A stretch of DNA of 64,000 nucleotides from Acholeplasmataceae bacterium (lineage in GTDB: Bacteria > Bacillota_I > Bacilli_A > Acholeplasmatales > Acholeplasmataceae). Shown piece by piece: positions 27,490 through 35,178 of the stretch. Location of the stretch: contig CBFHPN010000006.1 of NCBI GenBank assembly GCA_965657915.1, positions 3,057 through 67,056 of the forward strand. The letters run 5' to 3'. Within the stretch, counting starts at the first letter, position 1; each line of letters starts with the position of its first letter. Under the pieces are notes generated by a model. That model saw nothing but the letters and a program-made list of their open reading frames with translations. It had not been told where the DNA came from and searched no databases. The translations under genes and the position numbers were made by a program.

Positions 27490-28641
27490 ATGATAGTAAA
27501 ACACGATACAGATCCATTACAAGTTGTATTGGTTCATCAACCAGGTAAAGAAATTGAACAACTCATGCCAGGTAATCTTACAAGATTACTTTTTGATGAT
27601 GTTCCTTTTTTAGATCAAGCCATTCAAGAACATCAAACCATGACGGATTACCTAATACAACATCATGTTCAAGTTCATGATATTACCGAACTTGCTATTG
27701 AAGTCATACAAGATGATCGTCTTAAAGATGAACTTATTAATATCATCATACACGATTTAAAGCAACAATCACAATCTGTGGTAGAACGTGTGAGAAAAAA
27801 ACTTAAAGCATCTTCTTTAGAATCGATTGTGAATACGTATGTTGGGGGACTGACGTATATGGAATTAGATTTAGATAATAAAAAGACGCTTTTTATTTTA
27901 GATCCGCTTCCCAATTTATTATTTCAAAGAGATCCAATGTTTATGATTCATGACATATGCGTGATTAGTCATATGAACATGGAAGCAAGAAGAAGAGAAG
28001 CAATGCTATCAAAGTTTATCATTAAACATCACCCACTATTTATGCATCAACGCATGATTGACATGTCTGATCAAAAACATTCTATTGAAGGTGGGGATAT
28101 CATACTATTGGATGATTATATCTTGATTGGTATTTCAGAACGGACAACAAAAGAAGCTGCAATAGAATTAATCAAACGATTAAAAGCATTTGATTTATCA
28201 TATCAAACGATACTCATAGAATTACCAAATCATCGCAGTTATATGCATTTAGATACTGTCATCACCCCCATTAAAAAAGATGTATTTGTCTATGATAAAC
28301 ATGCATTTGAAAATAGCCTCTTGTATCAATTAGTCAACGATGAGATGGAAATCATTCATACGTCATTTGAGGTATTGATGAAGCAACAATTTGGTGATAT
28401 TTCATTTATTGAAGTAGGGGATGGTGATCAAATTTATGCAAAGAGAGAACAGTGGAATGATGCTGCAAATACATTAGCCATCGCGCCTAATCATATTATT
28501 TGTTACGATAGAAATGTGATTACAAATGAACTATTTAAATCACATGGAGTAACGTACTTTTCTATGCCGTCTTCTGAGTTATCTAGAGGACGTGGTGGTC
28601 CGCATTGTATGACCATGCCACTTTATAGAAAAAGCCTCTAA
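27490..28641 (+). CDS. arcA: arginine deiminase
   Basis: ORF track 27400..28641, but its first 30 codons are antisense to cry-DASH. From ATG 27490: VVLVHQPGKEIEQLMPGNLTRLLFDDVPFLDQAIQEH (ArcA N-terminus). C-terminal GGPHCMTMPL holds the catalytic Cys. Confidence 0.85.
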   Translation: MIVKHDTDPLQVVLVHQPGKEIEQLMPGNLTRLLFDDVPFLDQAIQEHQTMTDYLIQHHVQVHDITELAIEVIQDDRLKDELINIIIHDLKQQSQSVVERVRKKLKASSLESIVNTYVGGLTYMELDLDNKKTLFILDPLPNLLFQRDPMFMIHDICVISHMNMEARRREAMLSKFIIKHHPLFMHQRMIDMSDQKHSIEGGDIILLDDYILIGISERTTKEAAIELIKRLKAFDLSYQTILIELPNHRSYMHLDTVITPIKKDVFVYDKHAFENSLLYQLVNDEMEIIHTSFEVLMKQQFGDISFIEVGDGDQIYAKREQWNDAANTLAIAPNHIICYDRNVITNELFKSHGVTYFSMPSSELSRGRGGPHCMTMPLYRKSL

Positions 28642-29606
28642 CGAGGCTTTAGCATGATTTCAATCCCAGAAGCAACGCCTTCATCTTCATAGATGAGGGT
28701 GTTTTTTTTATATAGTTTTAAATGAATGTTTCCAGATAGACCTTCTTTGATGGTTTCATTCATTTGACCTAATCGAGGAGAAGGTAAATCTTTATAGTCT
28801 GATGTTGTCGCGGTCACAACTAATTTTAAAGTGCGTTTTTTGAGTGTTATTGAAACTGAAGTATCATCATAAGTAATATGTTTAACAGCACTTAAATTAT
28901 AAGTCGCAAAACGGTACTCTCTGCCTTCTATTACTAAAACACAGATTAATCCTTTAAATTTAAAAAATAAAAAAGGGATGGTTGCATAAGATAACATAAA
29001 TGATGTTTTAGGATCTTTAAAATGATTCGATTGCATCCAAGTATAACTACTAGGAAAAGATGTACCCCAGTCTTTTTCGATATAACCCTTTCCATGATTA
29101 AAGGAAATGGCTTCTTTCTCAAGTAAAATTGAACCTTTTACTTGATGAGACATCGAGACGATGCCGTGATAGGTTTCCATAAAACCTAAATATCCAAACG
29201 GTCCCATAATGGATGGAAAAATTAAGCTTTTTTTAATTGGCGTAAGGTGCTGATTTTCTAAATGAACTTGCAAATCTAATTCTTCATTATCGATTGAAAA
29301 AAACATGGATTCACTAGAAAATATGTTGTGTGCAATTTGAATCTTAAATATCTTTGGATGGAAAGAGAAGTCTTTAATATCATATTTGAAATAATATGTT
29401 TTCAATGTTTCATTCTCTTTTGTTCGATCAGAAATAAAAACTTGAATAAAGGCATGTGTATCATGTTTATTTAAACTAATTCCTGGTATAAAGGCAAAGG
29501 TATGAGACAAATTTTTTGTTACATACTTAAAATACCAACCTTCAAAGTAGTTTTTTTTCTTTAAATGTCCTTGAAATATTTCGGGGTGAAATGTCTTATA
29601 AAACAT
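28638..29606 (-). CDS. tocopherol-cyclase family (PF14249-like) protein
   Basis: YFEGWYFKYV and GYIEKDWGTSFPSSYTWMQSN parallel the plant VTE1 motifs FFEGWYFRV and SEKNWGGGFPRKWFWVQCN (recalled). 322 aa, apparently soluble. Confidence 0.65.
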   Translation of the reverse strand: MFYKTFHPEIFQGHLKKKNYFEGWYFKYVTKNLSHTFAFIPGISLNKHDTHAFIQVFISDRTKENETLKTYYFKYDIKDFSFHPKIFKIQIAHNIFSSESMFFSIDNEELDLQVHLENQHLTPIKKSLIFPSIMGPFGYLGFMETYHGIVSMSHQVKGSILLEKEAISFNHGKGYIEKDWGTSFPSSYTWMQSNHFKDPKTSFMLSYATIPFLFFKFKGLICVLVIEGREYRFATYNLSAVKHITYDDTSVSITLKKRTLKLVVTATTSDYKDLPSPRLGQMNETIKEGLSGNIHLKLYKKNTLIYEDEGVASGIEIMLKPR

Positions 29607-29615
29607 GATTTTCTC

Positions 29616-29645
29616 CTAAAAAAAAGACTAAGTTTCCTTAGTCTT
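29616..29645 (-). terminator. intrinsic terminator immediately after the heliorhodopsin gene
   Basis: Minus-strand RNA agacuaag-gaaa-cuuagucu followed by U8. Confidence 0.75.
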
Positions 29646-29654
29646 TAGTATAGC
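29646..29654 (-). promoter_or_regulatory. extended -10 (TGCTATACT, minus strand) for the tocopherol-cyclase-like gene, abutting the terminator
   Basis: The reverse complement of agtatagca is TGCTATACT. The predicted start site lies inside the first hairpin arm. Confidence 0.4.
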
Positions 29655-29659
29655 ATATC

Positions 29660-30487
29660 TTATGAAGGTTGGAATGCTCCAAATAGAACTAGCCATGTAA
29701 GTAATGTTTTAGCGACAAGAGATAAGATGACATAACCTCTTTCTCCATATAAGTAATCTTTAAATTTACCTATTCCAGCATATTGTAAGTACATGTTTAC
29801 TGGGAATGTATTAAATGCAATAAAGTAAGTTGCTAAGATTGCCCAAACGAATCCAGGAACATTTTCTAAATTAGGGTTCACACCAATATAGAATGCGATG
29901 GCAACCCATGGTGCAAGACCTACGATTGAACCAAAGATAAATGGTAGCCAATTGACTTTTTTACCAACTTTAGACTCACCTTGGTTAAGTAATTCCATAT
30001 CTAAACCAAAGAAGTTCATCGCTGCATTTGCAAGTGCGATTAGTGCGAATACAGCAACATCTCTCACACCAAATAATGATGAAATTAAGATAATCATGAG
30101 TGATGAAGATAATGCATATTCATACCATCTAAATTTGTTAATACCAACTTTTAAACCTGCACGGTATTCATCTTTCCAAACAAATGCAATTAAAAAGTGG
30201 AAGATACCAGAAATAAGTAAGAAACTCGCTGTCATTTGTAAGAACGGTAATTCAAATAAGGTATCAGTGTTCGTTAAGATTAATCCTTCTCCTTGAACAA
30301 ATTCTAAGTAATTCCCAATCACTGGGATGGTAAATGCACCTTGACTTGTCATACTTGGGTAAATGAAGAATGCAAAAATCATCATAAATAACCCTTGAAC
30401 TAAATGGACAACACCCATTTTTTTATTAAATGAGATGAGTTTATCAATTTTCACATCAACATTTAATGTTTGAACTTCTGTAGACAT
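29660..30487 (-). CDS. heliorhodopsin
   Basis: ORF track 29660..30541. I prefer ATG 30487 after AAAGGAGA. Motifs VVHLVQG, IFHFLIAF, FRWYEYALSSSLMIILIS and LYGERGYVILSLVAKTLLTW match heliorhodopsin 48C12 (VFHLLQM, LFHFIVS, FRWVEYSLSSSVMIVLIA, LRGERAYIVLSLVAKSALAW). This includes the Schiff-base Lys, the Glu counterion and both His positions. Confidence 0.85.
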   Translation of the reverse strand: MSTEVQTLNVDVKIDKLISFNKKMGVVHLVQGLFMMIFAFFIYPSMTSQGAFTIPVIGNYLEFVQGEGLILTNTDTLFELPFLQMTASFLLISGIFHFLIAFVWKDEYRAGLKVGINKFRWYEYALSSSLMIILISSLFGVRDVAVFALIALANAAMNFFGLDMELLNQGESKVGKKVNWLPFIFGSIVGLAPWVAIAFYIGVNPNLENVPGFVWAILATYFIAFNTFPVNMYLQYAGIGKFKDYLYGERGYVILSLVAKTLLTWLVLFGAFQPS

Positions 30488-30519
30488 AATAATCTCCTTT
30501 ATATTATGATTATGCCTTG

Positions 30520-30528
30520 AGTATATCA
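30520..30528 (-). promoter_or_regulatory. extended -10 (TGATATACT, minus strand) for the heliorhodopsin gene
   Basis: The reverse complement of agtatatca is TGATATACT, about 33 nt upstream of ATG 30487. Confidence 0.4.
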
Positions 30529-30564
30529 CACAATCTATCACGATGTTAGAGAATCTTTTTGTTA

Positions 30565-30573
30565 TGGTAAAAT
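30565..30573 (+). promoter_or_regulatory. extended -10 (TGGTAAAAT) for crtN-crtM-phr
   Basis: TGnTAAAAT 22 nt upstream of ATG 30595. Confidence 0.4.
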
Positions 30574-30594
30574 ATGGAAGAAAATAAGGTGAAT

Positions 30595-32085
30595 ATGAAA
30601 AAAGTCATTATCATAGGTGCTGGCACAGCTGGGCTATCTTCAGCAATTAGACTTCAATCAAAAGGATTCCAAGTTGAAATCTATGAAAAAAACGACCGTG
30701 TTGGCGGTCGTATGTTTCAACTTAAAGACAAAGGGTTTACCTTTGATTATGGTCCGACCATTACGATGTTACCTGATGAATATAAAGATGTATTTATCGC
30801 TTCAGGTGTGAATCCAGATGATTATTTACAGATGACAGCACTTGATCCACTTTATAAATTATACTTTAGAGATGGAACATCATTTCAAGTATCTTCAAAT
30901 TTAAATCAATTGATGAAAGAACTGGAAAAATTCGGTGAAGATGAAGCATATGGATATTTATCATATTTATCTGATGTATACGGACGCTATATCATTGCAA
31001 AAAAACATTTTTTAGATGTTTCATATCGAAGAAAAAGAGATTTTTTTAATTTAAAAACACCTTATCATGGGTACCGTTTAAAAACACTTAACAATGCATA
31101 TGATTCTATTTCAAGATTTGTTAAAAATGAAAAACTAAGACAAGCATTATCGTTTCAAACGTTATATATTGGTGTTTCTCCATTTCAAGGTCCATCCATT
31201 TATACCATCATCCCGATGATAGAATTACTTTATGGGATTCATTACATTAAGGGTGGGATGTATCAAATGGCTACTGCCATGGAAAAACGTTTTTTAGAGC
31301 TTGGTGGAAAAATTCATTTGAATCAATCTGTTGATGAAATCATGATTAAAGATCAAATTGCACAAGGGATAAGAATTAATGATGATATCAAAGAAGCAGA
31401 TATCATTTTAACGAATGCAGATTTTCCTTGGGCTGTTGAAAACTTAATTAAAGAACCTAAAAATAGAGGGAAATTTAAAGATAAAAAAGTTAAAAAAATG
31501 ACATATTCATCTTCAGTATTCATTATGTATATGGGACTTGATAAAAAGTATCCCACGGATATCCATTCATTAAGATTTGCTGCAGATTTCAAGAAAAATA
31601 TTCATGATTTATTTGAGTCAAAAATACCTGAAGACCCATCATTTTATTTATATTCACCCTCTCAAATTGATGAAAGTGTTGCACCTAAAGGAAAAGAAAT
31701 TTTATATGTTTTAGTACCTGTTCCTAATACACAAGATAAACATGTCAACTGGGATGAAGCACAGGTGACGTATTATCAATCTAAAATTTTATCAATGATC
31801 GAACAAATCCCAACGTTTCATGATATTAGAGAACATATTGAAGTCATGCATGTCTCAACGCCAAATACATGGGAAGAAAAATTTAATTTAAATCACGGTG
31901 CAACGTTTGGACTTCGTCCTACCTTGAGCCAAAGTTTATACTTTAGACCGCAAGCAACATTAAAACCTTTAAAAAATGTTTACTTCACAGGATCATCAAC
32001 GCATCCTGGTCCTGGCGTTCCAATTGTTTTAAAATCAGCAAAACTTGCTGTCAATGAAATACTAAAGGATCATCCGCATGAATGA
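30595..32085 (+). CDS. crtN: 4,4'-diapophytoene desaturase-like (CrtN type) phytoene desaturase family protein
   Basis: ORF track 30574..32085. I prefer ATG 30595 (MKKVIIIGAGTAGL). GGRMFQLKDKGFTFDYGPTITMLPDEYKDVF, FQTLYIGVSPFQGPSIYTIIPMIE and GSSTHPGPGVPIVLKSAKL track S. aureus CrtN as recalled. Confidence 0.8.
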   Translation: MKKVIIIGAGTAGLSSAIRLQSKGFQVEIYEKNDRVGGRMFQLKDKGFTFDYGPTITMLPDEYKDVFIASGVNPDDYLQMTALDPLYKLYFRDGTSFQVSSNLNQLMKELEKFGEDEAYGYLSYLSDVYGRYIIAKKHFLDVSYRRKRDFFNLKTPYHGYRLKTLNNAYDSISRFVKNEKLRQALSFQTLYIGVSPFQGPSIYTIIPMIELLYGIHYIKGGMYQMATAMEKRFLELGGKIHLNQSVDEIMIKDQIAQGIRINDDIKEADIILTNADFPWAVENLIKEPKNRGKFKDKKVKKMTYSSSVFIMYMGLDKKYPTDIHSLRFAADFKKNIHDLFESKIPEDPSFYLYSPSQIDESVAPKGKEILYVLVPVPNTQDKHVNWDEAQVTYYQSKILSMIEQIPTFHDIREHIEVMHVSTPNTWEEKFNLNHGATFGLRPTLSQSLYFRPQATLKPLKNVYFTGSSTHPGPGVPIVLKSAKLAVNEILKDHPHE

Positions 32086-32995
32086 TTGGTTTACGTTCAG
32101 TTTATTGATATTTGCGGGTGTCGTCGTTTTCTTACTTACGTTGATTTACTTAAGAGAGAGACGTCTTATTAAGTACTGCGAACAGATCATTAAAAAAAAT
32201 TCACTCACCTTTTATAAAGCTTTTTCAAAAATTGAAAACAAAAAGCAGAGACAAGCCATTTACGTTGTTTATGCTTTTTGTCGTTATGCAGATGATTTAA
32301 TTGATGAACACCAAGATATTGAGGGTCTAAACCAATTAGAACTAGAACTAGAAGCATTTAAAAATCATAAAAAGACCTCACTAAAAGTATTTAAAGCTTT
32401 GAGTCTCATCAAAGATCAGTTTTATGGTGAAAATTATGACTATCAACCATACTTTGAAATGATCCAAGGTCAAAGGATGGATATCACCATCGCTTCGTAT
32501 GAAACCATGGATGATGTTTTAGCGTATTGTTATTATGTAGCGTCTTCAGTAGGTCTGATGTTACTTCCGATTTTAGCACCGAGTAAACATCAGGAATTAA
32601 AAGAATTCGCAATACAACTTGGATATGCGATGCAAATCACTAATTTCTTACGGGATGTTGGAGAAGATTATCTCAAAGGAAGAATTTATATTCCTCAAGC
32701 CGATTTGAAAAAGTTTCAAGTCGATCTTGACCATGAGTTCAAGATGGGTCCAACAGACTCATTTAAAACACTATTTAATCATTTAGCAACGCAAGCAAGA
32801 CAATACTATCAATACGCATATGATCATATGGAAGCATTTAGTCAAGATGTAAGAACACCATTACTTTATGCAGCTAAATTATATGAAGCCATCCTTGATG
32901 AGTGTATGACAGATTATGATGTATTTACGAAAAAGCATTTTGTTTCTCATGCTAAAAAAATAGATATCATTAAAGGACTTCAAAAAAATCTTTAA
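32078..32995 (+). CDS. crtM: squalene/phytoene synthase family, CrtM-like (4,4'-diapophytoene synthase type)
   Basis: 8-nt overlap with crtN. YAFCRYADDLID and NFLRDVGEDY are the two Asp-rich motifs. Has an N-terminal TM helix. Confidence 0.8.
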   Translation: MNDWFTFSLLIFAGVVVFLLTLIYLRERRLIKYCEQIIKKNSLTFYKAFSKIENKKQRQAIYVVYAFCRYADDLIDEHQDIEGLNQLELELEAFKNHKKTSLKVFKALSLIKDQFYGENYDYQPYFEMIQGQRMDITIASYETMDDVLAYCYYVASSVGLMLLPILAPSKHQELKEFAIQLGYAMQITNFLRDVGEDYLKGRIYIPQADLKKFQVDLDHEFKMGPTDSFKTLFNHLATQARQYYQYAYDHMEAFSQDVRTPLLYAAKLYEAILDECMTDYDVFTKKHFVSHAKKIDIIKGLQKNL

Positions 32996-33015
32996 ACACA
33001 TACGTTGGAGTGTAT

Positions 33016-34386
33016 ATGAATACAAATAGAATCAAAGTTATTCAAGAAGTCACCAATCACAATCAGCATAAAATCTTATATTGGATGCAAAGTGCGCAAC
33101 GCATCCATTATAATCATGCACTTAATCATGCGATTGAACTTGCTAACAAACACAAAAAAGAACTGCACGTGATGTTTAATATTATACCTTCTTATAAAGA
33201 TGCAAATCGTAGACACTATATGTTTATGTTAGAGGGAATCAAAGAGTTAGAACGAACATTTTTAGAACTTAAAATACCGTTTAAAGTAACCTTTGGACTC
33301 CCTGATGAAAACATTTCAAAACACTTAAATGATGATGATATATTAATCCTTGATAAAGCATACTTAAAACAACCACGACAATGGAGAAACGCTTTATATC
33401 AACGTATTAAAGGTAAAAATACCATTATTGAAATTGATACCGAACTGATTGTTCCTGTGGAACATGCATCTAGTAAAATGGAATACGGGGCATATACCAT
33501 ACGTCCTAAACTTCATAAACTTTTTGATGTCTTTAATGATCATGACGTGTTGCCGGCATATAAAGGTCCATATCAAAAACTTACTTCAGATGTAGAACTA
33601 AATGATTTAGATGCTTTTATAGAAACACTTCCTATTGATCAATCCGTGATTGAGACATCTTTATTTAAAGGTGGATATGGCGAAGCAGTTCAAAGACTTC
33701 AAACATTTATTCAATTTAAAGCAAAAGATTATTTAGAAAGAAATGCACCGGGTGAACAAGTGACGTCTACACTTTCGCCTTATTTGCATTTTGGTCAAAT
33801 ATCGTCACTTGAAATCGTTCACGCCATTCAACACGCTAAAGATGAAGGGATGATCAATCAAGAGACCTTTGATGGTATTTTTGAACAAGTGTTTGTGAGA
33901 AGAGAACTTGCCTTTAATTTTGTCTATTATAATCAAAACTACGATCAATTTGACTATATAACAGAACCTTGGGCATACAAAACGATGCAAGAACATCAAG
34001 ATGACTTTAGACCTTTCATTTATTCAAAAGAAACGTTAGAATCTTCCCAGACTCACGATCCATATTTCAATGCTGCCATGGATGAAATGAAAGTGAGTGG
34101 CTATATGCATAATTATATGCGCATGTATTGGGCTAAAAAAATTATTGAATGGTCAAATTCATATCAAGAAGCATATGAAACGACCTTATATTTAAATAAT
34201 AAATACTTCTTAGATGGTAGAGATCCAAATTCATATACGAGTGTTGCATGGAATTATGGTCGTCATGATCGTGCATGGAATGAAAGAACCATCTTAGGTA
34301 AATTGCGTTACATGAATGATAAAGGATTAGAAAGAAAGTTTGACATGAAGAAATACATCAACTATGTTGAAAGTATAAAAAAATAA
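33016..34386 (+). CDS. class II CPD photolyase
   Basis: ORF track 33010..34386; ATG 33016 lies 5 nt after GGAG. ILYWMQSAQRIHYNHAL, SPYLHFGQIS, GYMHNYMRMYWAKKIIEW, DGRDPNSYTSVAWNYGRHDRAW, LRYMN..GLERKFD. Confidence 0.85.
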   Translation: MNTNRIKVIQEVTNHNQHKILYWMQSAQRIHYNHALNHAIELANKHKKELHVMFNIIPSYKDANRRHYMFMLEGIKELERTFLELKIPFKVTFGLPDENISKHLNDDDILILDKAYLKQPRQWRNALYQRIKGKNTIIEIDTELIVPVEHASSKMEYGAYTIRPKLHKLFDVFNDHDVLPAYKGPYQKLTSDVELNDLDAFIETLPIDQSVIETSLFKGGYGEAVQRLQTFIQFKAKDYLERNAPGEQVTSTLSPYLHFGQISSLEIVHAIQHAKDEGMINQETFDGIFEQVFVRRELAFNFVYYNQNYDQFDYITEPWAYKTMQEHQDDFRPFIYSKETLESSQTHDPYFNAAMDEMKVSGYMHNYMRMYWAKKIIEWSNSYQEAYETTLYLNNKYFLDGRDPNSYTSVAWNYGRHDRAWNERTILGKLRYMNDKGLERKFDMKKYINYVESIKK

Positions 34387-34409
34387 GACCTCAAGGTCTT
34401 ATTTTTTTA
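34378..34409. terminator. bidirectional intrinsic terminator
   Basis: aaaaaa-taagacc-tcaa-ggtctta-ttttttt between convergent genes. Confidence 0.75.
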
Positions 34410-35178
34410 ATTTTGGGAAGAAAATGGGTGTATGCTTAGCATATTCTTGATACAGTGCGTTATCTTGATATCTTTTTTCAAGTAAGGGTACACCAGATAC
34501 ATATCTAAGAAGATATCCCATTATCAGTGTGCCAATAATTGCAAAAGCATAATGTAAATCAAAACTATAAAACATAATGACAAAATAACTCATCCAAATC
34601 ATAAAGTCACCAAAGTAGTTCGGATGTCTGGTGTAAGCCCATAACCCTTTATCCATGATTTTCCCCTTATTATTTGGGTTCGACTTAAAGCGCTTAAGTT
34701 GAGCATCTGATACACTTTCAAAGATAAAGCCAATGATAAATAAGACAATCCCTAACCCTAACACCACATAATGAAACCATTCTAAACCTTCTTTGACATA
34801 AAAGACACTTTGAAGGGGCAATGAAATTACAAATGCAAGTAATATCTGGAGATAAAAGACTTTAAAGTAAGCATGAACATAAGGAATATTTCCCCATTTT
34901 TTTCTCATGTTGACATAACGGTAATCTTCAGGTTTAGACCAGTTACGTAACAATAAATAGTAAGTGAGTCTTAATCCCCATAAAGTAACAAAACTTAGTA
35001 TCGAAATAGAAGCGAGGGTAACTACGTCTGTATATAGAAAGACGGTCCAAGTGATCACAACAAAGCTTAGTCCCCAAGCAATGTCAATCAGTCCTAGATT
35101 TTTCTTGATGACACTGATTAAAAACCAAACATGTAAATAAATAAAAAGAACACTTGCTAAAACAATCAAATGTGTCAT
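34399..35178 (-). CDS. DUF1295 family membrane protein (steroid-reductase/ICMT-like fold)
   Basis: ORF track 34399..35238. ATG 35178 forms an ATGA overlap with the upstream gene. GLWAYTRHPNYFGDFMIW motif. Confidence 0.65.
   Translation of the reverse strand: MTHLIVLASVLFIYLHVWFLISVIKKNLGLIDIAWGLSFVVITWTVFLYTDVVTLASISILSFVTLWGLRLTYYLLLRNWSKPEDYRYVNMRKKWGNIPYVHAYFKVFYLQILLAFVISLPLQSVFYVKEGLEWFHYVVLGLGIVLFIIGFIFESVSDAQLKRFKSNPNNKGKIMDKGLWAYTRHPNYFGDFMIWMSYFVIMFYSFDLHYAFAIIGTLIMGYLLRYVSGVPLLEKRYQDNALYQEYAKHTPIFFPKLKK

Noticed and set aside
30515-30550. CarH/LitR-type operator (tandem 11-bp nAnnTnnACAn repeats) in the HeR/crtN intergenic region
   Set aside because: The TATCAC repeats cannot be threaded onto the nAnnTnnACAn pattern. 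No B12-binding MerR-type regulator is encoded in the window.
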